NCBI GenBank assembly: GCA_001029715.1
Contig: CP011212.1
Span: 67,407 to 131,406 of the forward strand
Direction: 5' to 3'
Origin: a candidate division TM6 bacterium GW2011_GWF2_28_16
GTDB lineage: Bacteria > Patescibacteriota > Microgenomatia > UBA1400 > PJMF01
Length of the DNA: 64,000 nucleotides
Shown piece by piece: positions 18,101 through 26,694 of this stretch. The translations under genes and the position numbers were made by a program. Each line of letters begins with the position of its first letter. Position 1 is the stretch's first letter. The notes beneath the pieces are model-generated. The model was not told where the DNA came from, did not search any database, and was given only the letters and a program-made list of their open reading frames with translations.

Positions 18101-19303
18101 ATGCCCATCCTTCATTTAAATTTTCAAAAAACCAAAAATCTTAAATATATTTATGCAATTCGTCTTGTTCGTGAATTTGCCAATCAACTAATGGTTTTCT
18201 TTTTACCACTTTATTTTTTTAACATTCGTTTTTCCTTCATGAGCCATTTCGACCTATCTCCCCTGCAAGAAGGAATTTTTAACGTAATGATTGTTTTGTT
18301 GTTAACTCGGTTAGTTGCTTTATTTTCTGCCATTCCAATCGCCAAAATACTTAATAAATACGGTATTCGTCATGGTTTTTTGATGGGACATTTGCTGTAT
18401 TCTTTGTTTGTTCTATGTCTTTATCTTTCCAAAGCCAATCCTTATTTAGTTTTAACGGCTGCGATAATTGATGGTTTCCAAATTAATTTCTTTTGGAACA
18501 GTTATTATTATTCTATTAGTCGTAACAGCGACCAAGCAAAAATGGGTGCAAATCTAGGTGCTGTGAATTTTTTACTTCACTTACTAGCAATGATCGCTCC
18601 TGCTTTAGGTGGTTTAATTATTGTGACCTTAGGATATCAGACTTTGTTTTTACTTGGTTTAGTGATTATTCTTAGTGGAGTAATTTTTTCAATTTTACTC
18701 AACAATGTTAAAGTAAAAGATAAAATCTCCTTCAAAGAATTTTTAACTTGGCTTAAAGAGCCTGGATTTAAACGCCTGGCAGTAAGTTTTGCTGGAAAAT
18801 ATTTTAATGATGCTTCTGTTAGTTTGTGGGCACTTTATATGTTCATTTTGCTTGGTAGTACTGAGGGAGTTGGTTATTTATATAGCTTGTCTTTGCTTTT
18901 AGCTTTGCTTGTGAGCTATACGGCTGGTTCTTTTATAGATAAGCACAAAAATCGCAAACAATTCTTTATTTCTGGTGGATTTTTATCGATTTTTTGGGCT
19001 TTGAGGGGCTTTGTTGTTGGCATTTGGTCAATTACTATTTTAAATGCAGTCGACAGACTAACCTCAAGTTTTCACTGGTTATTTTTTGATCGTAGCTGGA
19101 TTCTGCGAGGCAAAGGTCGTGAAGCCCTTTCCTATTTTGTTTATCGAGAAATGATCTATTCTTTTGCAGCCATAGTTTTTTGGCTTATAGTGGCAATTTT
19201 ATTTTATTTCTTTGTTTTTGCTTGGAAGAGTTTGTTTATTGTTGCCGGAATGGGTGTTCTTTTAACTTTGCTAGTCAAAGAGCATCAAGGAGAAAGCAAT
19301 TAA
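18101..19303 (+). CDS. MFS-type transporter
   Basis: 400 aa with roughly 12 hydrophobic helices split by a central loop. Specificity is unknown. Confidence 0.6.
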   Translation: MPILHLNFQKTKNLKYIYAIRLVREFANQLMVFFLPLYFFNIRFSFMSHFDLSPLQEGIFNVMIVLLLTRLVALFSAIPIAKILNKYGIRHGFLMGHLLYSLFVLCLYLSKANPYLVLTAAIIDGFQINFFWNSYYYSISRNSDQAKMGANLGAVNFLLHLLAMIAPALGGLIIVTLGYQTLFLLGLVIILSGVIFSILLNNVKVKDKISFKEFLTWLKEPGFKRLAVSFAGKYFNDASVSLWALYMFILLGSTEGVGYLYSLSLLLALLVSYTAGSFIDKHKNRKQFFISGGFLSIFWALRGFVVGIWSITILNAVDRLTSSFHWLFFDRSWILRGKGREALSYFVYREMIYSFAAIVFWLIVAILFYFFVFAWKSLFIVAGMGVLLTLLVKEHQGESN

Positions 19304-20337
19304 AATTTCCTGGAAAAATTATATTCAAGAATTTCTTTTAAAAGGAGATTCATCTCTTTAGGCTCTATTTCTGCGATTTCAACTTGAGCTTTTTTCTTAA
19401 ATTGATTAAGTAATTTTTCAATTTTTGTTTGGGCGAATTGTCTAAAAAGATTTTGAATTTTGATGATTTCTTCTTTGCTAAGATTTTTTTGTCCATATTT
19501 TGCCATTAAAAACTCTTTTTCTGATGGAGGAATTTCCTCTAGTAGAGTTAAATAGAAAAGTGTCTTCTTACCCTCTCTAATATCAGAGGCAAAACTTTTG
19601 CCAGAAAGCTCTTCCGGAGTAAAAATGCTGATAGAATCATCCACTATTTGGAAGATTAAGCCGAGCTTTTCACCGATTTTTTCAAGTTGTGTGATTTCCT
19701 CATCTTTTAATTCATTGATTAGTCCAGCTAATTTCAATGGAAGAGAAAAAGTATAGCGAGCTGTTTTGAAAAGATACATTTCTAAGACTTCATCAAAACT
19801 TGGAAGTTCTTTTTGCGAGGTAATTTTGCTATCTAACATTTCTGCAAAATTAGTTTTAATGATTTCTTCTGAAATAGTTGGAAGAATATTTGTTTCTCTT
19901 AATAAAGAAATAGCTAGGAAATTTGCAATGTTGGCAAGGCAAATCGCTTGGTTTTGCCCATATTCTTTAGGATTCTGATAGTTTTCTCTTTCAGCATCCA
20001 ATTCATATTGATACCAAATTGAATTTTGACCACGGCGCTTCTTATCTTGGTCAATAATATCGTCATGGATGAGTAGGCTTGAGTGAATTAATTCTAATGC
20101 GGCGGCAATCTTTAGAAGTTTTTTTTGTTCTGTTTGATATTTTTTTTCATCAAGAGATTTGACGGCAAGTAAAAAAAGTCCGCCGCGCACAGTTTTACCA
20201 CTGATTACAAAATCTTTAATTTTGCTAAAAGCATCTTTCACCAAGCTTTGTTTTTCAAATTTCTTTTCTTCCTCAGAAAGAAAAGAGAGTAGAAAATTAT
20301 CAATGAGTTGTTTTTCTTCTTGTAATTTTTCTATCAT
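19300..20337 (-). CDS. polyprenyl diphosphate synthase (trans-IPPS, FPP/GGPP synthase family)
   Basis: The first Asp-rich motif is LIHDDIIDQDKKRRG. The second motif region is FQIVDDSISIF (DDxxS rather than DDxxD), followed by GKSFASDIREGKKTL. Confidence 0.82.
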   Translation of the reverse strand: MIEKLQEEKQLIDNFLLSFLSEEEKKFEKQSLVKDAFSKIKDFVISGKTVRGGLFLLAVKSLDEKKYQTEQKKLLKIAAALELIHSSLLIHDDIIDQDKKRRGQNSIWYQYELDAERENYQNPKEYGQNQAICLANIANFLAISLLRETNILPTISEEIIKTNFAEMLDSKITSQKELPSFDEVLEMYLFKTARYTFSLPLKLAGLINELKDEEITQLEKIGEKLGLIFQIVDDSISIFTPEELSGKSFASDIREGKKTLFYLTLLEEIPPSEKEFLMAKYGQKNLSKEEIIKIQNLFRQFAQTKIEKLLNQFKKKAQVEIAEIEPKEMNLLLKEILEYNFSRKF

Positions 20338-21011
20338 TTTAAGATTTTTTCTATTGTTGCTTCTGCCAAAATAGCCATGGAATCAAAAATTTCTGTTCCA
20401 GCATATATTGGAGTTAATAGTTGCAGATCAGTGCAAGCTAAAACAACATGTTTAATATCTTTCTTTGCAAATTTCTGAATAATTTTAATTAACTCAGTCT
20501 GATCTTTTTCACTGTATCTACTGCGAACTAAATTGTTAATTAGTTGGCCAATTTTCTCCTGATCTTTTTCTATGGGTAAATGAATTTTAATATCTTTTAA
20601 ATTGTACAAATTTGTCTTGATGGTTGGATTTGTTGCCAATAAAGCGATCTCTTTAATATCTCTTTTTTTAAGAAATTTCTCTGTTTCTTCAACAATGCTT
20701 AAAACTGGGATTTTAACAACTTGACGCACAGCATCAATGGCTAAGTGTACGGAATTGCAGGGAATCACAATAAAGTCTGCGCCGCCATTCTCCAATCTTT
20801 TAGCTGCATCTTGGAGATATGGAATATATTTTTCAAATCCCTGAGCTTTAGTAATAAAATCTTGTTCAAGCTGATATTCTAGAGGAATGCTCCAGATCAG
20901 CACAGGTGGTCTCTTTTTTTTATTTTTTTCAAAACTAGAAAAAATCAGTTTTAAATAAAATTCAGCCGTAGTTTCTGGTCCCAATCCACCAATGATTCCC
21001 GTAGTCTGCAT
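20334..21011 (-). CDS. aspartate/glutamate racemase family protein
   Basis: Shows GIIGGLGPETTAEFY, ..IVIPCNSVH.. and ..VVLACTDL.., which supply the two catalytic Cys contexts. Confidence 0.8.
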   Translation of the reverse strand: MQTTGIIGGLGPETTAEFYLKLIFSSFEKNKKKRPPVLIWSIPLEYQLEQDFITKAQGFEKYIPYLQDAAKRLENGGADFIVIPCNSVHLAIDAVRQVVKIPVLSIVEETEKFLKKRDIKEIALLATNPTIKTNLYNLKDIKIHLPIEKDQEKIGQLINNLVRSRYSEKDQTELIKIIQKFAKKDIKHVVLACTDLQLLTPIYAGTEIFDSMAILAEATIEKILK

Positions 21012-21099
21012 AGCTTGTCTATTTTATAACTAAAAAATCCAGATTGCCATGTAAATTCTTTGCATGATTTTTTTTGTTTTTTACGACTATTAGAGTGTA

Positions 21100-22278
21100 A
21101 TGTCATTTTTTAAGAAAAATATTCAAATGCAAAATGATGAGCAAGCAATTGCTTCTCGTCAAGAAGACTTGCTAAAGAATTGGAAAAAGGCTGATTTTAA
21201 GCAGCTTTTTTCTATCAACAAAGCACTGAGCAAAGCCAACCAATGCAATTGTGAAAATATGATTGGCGCAGTTACTTTACCGGTTGGTTTGGCTGGTCCA
21301 GTTAAAGTTATTTTAGAAGACAGCGAAACTGAATATTTTGTGCCCCTAGCAACTAGTGAGGGCGCTTTAGTTGCTAGCGTAAATAGGGGTTTAAAAGCAA
21401 TTAATCAAGCTGGCGGAGCTCAAGTTTTTGTCAAAAATGTTGGCATGACTAGAGCTCCAGTTTTTGCTTTTGAAAATGGCAAAGAAGCTTTTGCTTTTGC
21501 TACTTATTTGGAAGAAGCCAAAACTTTGGCGGAAATAAAAAAGATTACTGAACTAAGCAGCGATCACCTCCATTTTAAAAATCTCCAGAGTTTTGTCAGA
21601 GGTCGTAATGTCTATGTACGTTTTAGTTTCTTCACTGATCAAGCCATGGGCATGAACATGGTTACCCTTGCCCTTCAGAAATTGTGGGAAGAATTTTTGA
21701 GTAATTATCAGGGTATAAAAATGTTGGCTTTATCTAGTAATGTTTGTACTGATAAAAAATCTTCATTTATCAATCAATTACTTGGTAGAGGCTATAGTGC
21801 TCAGGCTGAGGTTTTTTTAAGTGAAGCAATTTTGGAAAATATTCTAAAAACTAGTTCTAAGGCTTTGTTTAAAACCCATCAAAGCAAAAATCAAATTGGT
21901 TCAAATCTAGCCGGGACTTTTTCTAACAATATGCAATTTGCCAATGTGGTGGCAGCTTTTTATATGGCTACTGGTCAAGATTTGGCTCATATCACTGAGG
22001 CAAGTCAAGGTAATACAATCGTCGAGGAAACTGAAGAAAAAGGCCTTTATTTTGCAGTTAACTTACCAGATTTGCCGCTTGGCAGTGTTGGTGGTGGAAC
22101 TAACTTGCCCGCTCAAAAAGAGTTGCGCAACTTAATTCATCAAAGTAACGAAGACCTAGGCTCAGTGCAACTAGTTAGTATTTTAGCGACTGGCGTTTTG
22201 GCAGCGGAAATTTCTGGTTTGGCAGCTCTTAGTAGTAATAGCCTAGCCCAGGCCCACCAAAGATTGGCAAGAAAATGA
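21100..22278 (+). CDS. hydroxymethylglutaryl-CoA reductase, class I (archaeal/eukaryal type catalytic domain)
   Basis: Shows ENMIGAVTLPVGLAGPV, TSEGALVASVNRG, DQAMGMNMV and GGGTNLP. Confidence 0.88.
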   Translation: MSFFKKNIQMQNDEQAIASRQEDLLKNWKKADFKQLFSINKALSKANQCNCENMIGAVTLPVGLAGPVKVILEDSETEYFVPLATSEGALVASVNRGLKAINQAGGAQVFVKNVGMTRAPVFAFENGKEAFAFATYLEEAKTLAEIKKITELSSDHLHFKNLQSFVRGRNVYVRFSFFTDQAMGMNMVTLALQKLWEEFLSNYQGIKMLALSSNVCTDKKSSFINQLLGRGYSAQAEVFLSEAILENILKTSSKALFKTHQSKNQIGSNLAGTFSNNMQFANVVAAFYMATGQDLAHITEASQGNTIVEETEEKGLYFAVNLPDLPLGSVGGGTNLPAQKELRNLIHQSNEDLGSVQLVSILATGVLAAEISGLAALSSNSLAQAHQRLARK

Positions 22279-23345
22279 AAACAAATCAAGTCGGCATAGT
22301 TGCCTATGGTGCAGCTATTCCAAGACACAAGGTTTCCACTAATATTATTGCTCAAAGTCAGGGTAAAAATGCTGATGTGGCTAAATCTTTGGGTGTTTTT
22401 TCAAAAACTATTCCAAGTTTAGATGAAGATACAGTGACTCTTTCTACAGAAGCAGGCAAAATTGCTTTGGATAGATTTTTATTAAATAAGGGCGCAGTCA
22501 AAAATATCGAAACTCTTTTTATTGGTAGCGAAAGTCATCCTTATGCTGTCAAACCATCTGGCACAGTAGTCAAAGAAGCTCTTGGTTTAAGCAACTATTT
22601 AAGTATGGCTGATCTACAATTCGCTTGCAAAGCTGGTTCTCAGTCTCTGCAAATCGCTGCAGCTTATGTTCAGGCAAAAATGGTTAAAAATGCCATGGCA
22701 ATTGGTGCAGATACTGCCCAAGCTCGTCCTGGAGATGCTCTAGAATATACTGCGGCGGCGGGCGCCGCCGCCTTCATCCTTGGTCATGAAGCGAATAGCG
22801 ATCAATTATTAGCTCGCTTATCAGCCACTAAATCAGTAGCAACTGATACGCCAGATTTTTGGCGCAAACCAAAAGAATCTTATCCGCAACATTTTGGCAG
22901 ATTTACTGGCGAGCCGGCTTATTTCAAGCATGTTTTGATGGCCAGTAGTGCGCTTCTTGCAGAAACAAAGTTGAAGCCAGCAGAAATTGATTTCTGCGTT
23001 TTTCATACGCCAAATGCCAAGTTTCCAGAGCAAGCCGCTAAAATACTTGGATTTACCAAAGAGCAATTAGCTCCATCTCTAGTCGTTAAAGAAATTGGTA
23101 ACACTTATGCCGCTGCTTCACTTTTAGCTCTAACTGCAGTTCTTGATGTCGCTCATGCTAGTGCTAAAATTTTGGTTTGTTCTTATGGTTCTGGTTCGGG
23201 GGCTGATGCTTTTTTGTTTGAAACAACTAAGAATTTGGAAACACAGAGAGTAAAGTATAAAAAAACTCTAGCAGCCCAAATTGCTGCTTTGGAAGCAATT
23301 GATGCTGAAACTTATCAAAAAATGAGGACTGACAATGAACATTAA
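22275..23345 (+). CDS. hydroxymethylglutaryl-CoA synthase (archaeal-type, short form)
   Basis: Shows GIVAYGAAIPRHKV, ..GSESHPYAVKP.. and FACKAGSQSL (catalytic Cys context), then HTPNAKFP. There is a 4-nt overlap with the HMGR gene. Confidence 0.85.
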   Translation: MKTNQVGIVAYGAAIPRHKVSTNIIAQSQGKNADVAKSLGVFSKTIPSLDEDTVTLSTEAGKIALDRFLLNKGAVKNIETLFIGSESHPYAVKPSGTVVKEALGLSNYLSMADLQFACKAGSQSLQIAAAYVQAKMVKNAMAIGADTAQARPGDALEYTAAAGAAAFILGHEANSDQLLARLSATKSVATDTPDFWRKPKESYPQHFGRFTGEPAYFKHVLMASSALLAETKLKPAEIDFCVFHTPNAKFPEQAAKILGFTKEQLAPSLVVKEIGNTYAAASLLALTAVLDVAHASAKILVCSYGSGSGADAFLFETTKNLETQRVKYKKTLAAQIAALEAIDAETYQKMRTDNEH

Positions 23346-24444
23346 AGTAATTGGCAATTACATTGGTAAATTTGCTGAGCTTTGGGAACAGAGCTTAACT
23401 GATTTGATTAAAGAAGGAGTAGAGGGCGTTTTAGCTGATGCGCAAATTGATCCAAAATCAATTGATGCGATTTTTGTAGCCAATAAAGCTAGTGGTAGTT
23501 TTAATAATCAACGTCATTTAGGTGCTTTAGTGAGTGAGCAATTTGCTCATTTTCCTCCAGCAATGCGCATTGAGGGCGCTTGTGCTTCGGGTGGTTTAGC
23601 TATGCTAGCTGCGGAGCAAGCCTTACTCAGCGGTGTTTATAAAACAGTTTTAGTGCTCGGAGTAGAGAAAATGACTGATGTCTCTGGTTCGGAAACAGCA
23701 GCTATTTTAGCGACTGCAGCTAGTCGAGAGAAAGAATATGGCTCTACTTTCCCAGCCCTCTATGCGATTTTGGCCAATTATCACATGAATAAATACGGCA
23801 CTACCAGAGAGCAGTTATCTAGTGTAGTGGTTAAGAACCACTTACACGCCTTCGATAATCCTAAAGCCCAGTTTCATAAGAAATTTACTTTAGAAGATGT
23901 TGCCAATTCTGCCATGGTCGCTTCGCCTTTGCGCTTGTTAGATTGTTCACCAATTAGCGATGGAGTAGCTGCCGTCATTCTTAGCAGTAAACCTTCTTCT
24001 CGCAAAGCTAAAATTCTTGGTTTTGGACATGGCCAAGATACTTTGGCACTTGCCGATCGCCAAGATTTAGGCAGATTGGCTGCGACAGAAAAAGCAGCCA
24101 AACAAGCGTTCTTAATGGCCAAATTGAGTCAGACAGACATTCAAGTGGCAGAAGTTCATGATTGTTTCAGTATTGCTGAAATTTTGGCAGTGGAAGACTT
24201 AGGCTTCTTTGCCAAAGGAAAAGCCGCCGCCGCCATTGCTAAAGGCAAAGCTACTTACGGTGGGCAAATAGTTATCAATCCTTCCGGCGGCCTCAAAGCT
24301 TGTGGGCATCCAGTTGGAGCGACCGGAGTGAAGCAAATTGCTTTTTTGGCTAATTTAATTGAAAAAGGAAAATTTGAACGAGTTCTAGCTCATAATGTTG
24401 GCGGCAGTGGAGCAACCGCGGCTGTAAATATTTTAGGAATATAA
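23335..24444 (+). CDS. acetyl-CoA acetyltransferase (archaeal-type thiolase)
   Basis: Shows RIEGACASGGLA (active-site Cys), ..EVHDCFSIAE.. and NPSGGLKACGHPVGATG. Confidence 0.85.
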   Translation: MNIKVIGNYIGKFAELWEQSLTDLIKEGVEGVLADAQIDPKSIDAIFVANKASGSFNNQRHLGALVSEQFAHFPPAMRIEGACASGGLAMLAAEQALLSGVYKTVLVLGVEKMTDVSGSETAAILATAASREKEYGSTFPALYAILANYHMNKYGTTREQLSSVVVKNHLHAFDNPKAQFHKKFTLEDVANSAMVASPLRLLDCSPISDGVAAVILSSKPSSRKAKILGFGHGQDTLALADRQDLGRLAATEKAAKQAFLMAKLSQTDIQVAEVHDCFSIAEILAVEDLGFFAKGKAAAAIAKGKATYGGQIVINPSGGLKACGHPVGATGVKQIAFLANLIEKGKFERVLAHNVGGSGATAAVNILGI

Positions 24445-24446
24445 AT

Positions 24447-24740
24447 ATGAATATAACGGAGTATTGGCGCTCAAACAAACAATGGTCTAAATATCTTGGC
24501 AAAAAAGCCAAGGTTTTAGCTGTTTCATTGATGGAAGTGGCGGCTTCAGATCAAACTGCGCTTTTGCCTTATTCTTATTTGCTCCTAGATTTAGAGAAAA
24601 GTAAAATTTCTTTGATGGGTGCTGCTCATCAAGAATTTAAAATTGGTGATGAGGTAGAAATTGTTTTGCGCAAAATTAAAAAAGAGGCTCAGGAAGAGAT
24701 AATCGTTTATGGTCTCAAAGCGGAAAAAATTTATGTCTAG
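24447..24740 (+). CDS. DUF35-type OB-fold protein lacking the N-terminal zinc ribbon (thiolase/HMGS partner)
   Basis: 97 aa with no Cys. The pattern G..AKVLAVS..........LPYSYLLLDLE...ISLMG.......IGDEVEIVLRK resembles the DUF35 OB-fold. It occupies the same position as the archaeal thiolase-HMGS-DUF35 triad. Confidence 0.55.
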   Translation: MNITEYWRSNKQWSKYLGKKAKVLAVSLMEVAASDQTALLPYSYLLLDLEKSKISLMGAAHQEFKIGDEVEIVLRKIKKEAQEEIIVYGLKAEKIYV

Positions 24741-25599
24741 TTTTTACAGTGGCAAAGTTATTTTAAGTGGGGAACATAGCGTGGTTTATGGCTATCAGGC
24801 TGTTCTGGCGAGCTTGGATTTAGGAATTTCTTGTATTGCTAAAGAAGGCTCTTTGAGTCATGAGCAAAAAAGTGATCTATATCTACAGCACATTCTAGAG
24901 ATGTTTTCTAAGCTTGCACAAATTAAAGAAATTCAGTTAGCACTTAAAATTAAATCGAATTTGCCTCAAAAATCAGGTCTTGGTTCTTCAGCGGCTTTTG
25001 CAGCAGCAGTTTTTTCAGAGTTGGCAGATTTTTATAATTATTCACTCAACCAAGATCGCCTCTACAAATTGGTTTTAGAAGCAGAAAATTTTATTCATGG
25101 TCGTTCCAGCGGAGCTGATCCAGCGATTGTTGTTTATGGTGGCTTAATTGCTTTTAGTCAAGGTAAAGTAGAGCATTTGCCAGATTTAGCCTTGGCAAAG
25201 AAAAGTTTTTTCTTAATTGATTCTGGAATTGCTGATGAATCCACTGGTGAAATGGTGGCTAAAGTTGCTGCTAATAAGTCTAGCCGGCCATTTATAGATG
25301 AAATTGGCGGAATTAGTCAAAAAATGATAGTTGATTTAAAGAATAGTTTCTTCAATCCTCAACTTTTGAATGAAAATCAAGCACTTTTAGAAGAAATTGG
25401 CATAATTGCTGATTCAGTGAAAGACACTATTCGCCAATTACAAAAGTTAGGTGCTTTTTGTAAAATTACTGGAGCAGGCGGACTGAAGAGTGGCTCTGGT
25501 TTTATTTTAGCTTTTCACCAAAATGAAGCAAACTTTGAGCAAAATTTAAAAAATATGGGTTTGAGTTTTTTCAAAACCCAACTAGGAAATACGAAATGA
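24733..25599 (+). CDS. GHMP kinase, mevalonate-kinase-like (paralog 1)
   Basis: Shows GKVILSGEHSVVYG (motif I) and QKSGLGSSAAFAAAV (motif II), then KITGAGG. ATG 24733 (MSSFYSGK..) is preferred over the longer 24709 start. Confidence 0.8.
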   Translation: MSSFYSGKVILSGEHSVVYGYQAVLASLDLGISCIAKEGSLSHEQKSDLYLQHILEMFSKLAQIKEIQLALKIKSNLPQKSGLGSSAAFAAAVFSELADFYNYSLNQDRLYKLVLEAENFIHGRSSGADPAIVVYGGLIAFSQGKVEHLPDLALAKKSFFLIDSGIADESTGEMVAKVAANKSSRPFIDEIGGISQKMIVDLKNSFFNPQLLNENQALLEEIGIIADSVKDTIRQLQKLGAFCKITGAGGLKSGSGFILAFHQNEANFEQNLKNMGLSFFKTQLGNTK

Positions 25600-26585
25600 A
25601 AAAAGTGAAGACTTCTGCCCCAGGAAAATTGATGCTTTTTGGTGAACATAGTGTGGTTTTTGGTCATCCTTGTATTGTGACTGCCGTTGATCGTCGTTTA
25701 TCAATTACTGTTGAGGAAAATGGCGAAGAAGTTTTTATTTTAGATGCGCCAGATTTGGGTTTACGAGCTTATTCTAAGCGAATTTGTGATCTTGGTAATA
25801 AAGATTTGCCAAAAGAAGTTAGCTTTATCGAAACTTGCTATAAGCTATTTTTGGAGAAATACCCACAACAAAAAACTATTCATGTTTATAGCAAGAATGA
25901 ATTCAAATCTTCTTATGGTCTTGGTTCAAGTAGTGCTAGCACAGTGGCTTTTGCTAAAGCTTTAAGTGAGTTTTATGAAGTGCCAATGAATAATGATCAG
26001 TTGTTCGATTTGGCTTATCAGACTGTTTTAGAAGTGCAGGGTGTGGCTTCTGGTTTTGACATTGCAGCTGCAATTTGGGGTGGAACGATTTATTACATCA
26101 CTCCTCATGGCAAACTTAGTAAACATAAAACTGTCGAACCAATCAAAATCAAAAACTTGCCTTTGTTAGTTGCCTATACTGGTATTAAAGCTGATACTGC
26201 CACCTTAATTCGAATGGTGCAAAATTTGCACAGTGAAAACAAAGGAACAGTTAATCACATTTTTACCGATATTACTCTTTTGGTAGAACAGGCTAAAAAG
26301 ACTCTTCAACAGCAAGACTGGCCACATCTTGGCTTATTAATGGATGAGAACCAAGCTTTACTACGTAAATTGCAAATTAGTAGCATTGAGCTAGAGAATC
26401 TCATCGCTGCTGGCAAAAGTGCCGGAGCAATGGGAGCCAAGCTCTCTGGAGCTGGAGGCGGTGATTGTATGTTAGCTTTAGTTGATGAAGCTGAGAAAAA
26501 AGCCGTTGCTCAAGAAATTACCAAGGCTGGTGGTAAAATTATTGAGGTGGAGATGAATGCGGAGGGCGTACGTTTGGAAAACTAA
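25596..26585 (+). CDS. GHMP kinase, mevalonate/phosphomevalonate kinase (paralog 2)
   Basis: Shows APGKLMLFGEHSVVFG, SSYGLGSSSASTVAFA and KLSGAGGGDCMLAL. There is a 4-nt overlap with paralog 1. Confidence 0.8.
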   Translation: MKKVKTSAPGKLMLFGEHSVVFGHPCIVTAVDRRLSITVEENGEEVFILDAPDLGLRAYSKRICDLGNKDLPKEVSFIETCYKLFLEKYPQQKTIHVYSKNEFKSSYGLGSSSASTVAFAKALSEFYEVPMNNDQLFDLAYQTVLEVQGVASGFDIAAAIWGGTIYYITPHGKLSKHKTVEPIKIKNLPLLVAYTGIKADTATLIRMVQNLHSENKGTVNHIFTDITLLVEQAKKTLQQQDWPHLGLLMDENQALLRKLQISSIELENLIAAGKSAGAMGAKLSGAGGGDCMLALVDEAEKKAVAQEITKAGGKIIEVEMNAEGVRLEN

Positions 26586-26694
26586 GTTTCGAGCCAGAGA
26601 TCGCTTGAATAAATACATTTTTTCACGCGCTCAAATGTCTCTAAACTTAGTTTTCCAAAACGTACTTTATTTAATTAAGCAAATTGAAAAAAAT

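Noticed and set aside
26557-26694. 46-codon N-terminal extension of the decarboxylase ORF in the track, and the 109-nt gap after the second kinase gene as a possible RNA element
   Set aside because: The extension overlaps the upstream gene, has odd composition and no homology-like content. The conserved N-terminus (..SDIAFVKYWGKKD) follows ATG 26695. I saw no convincing stem-loops in the gap.
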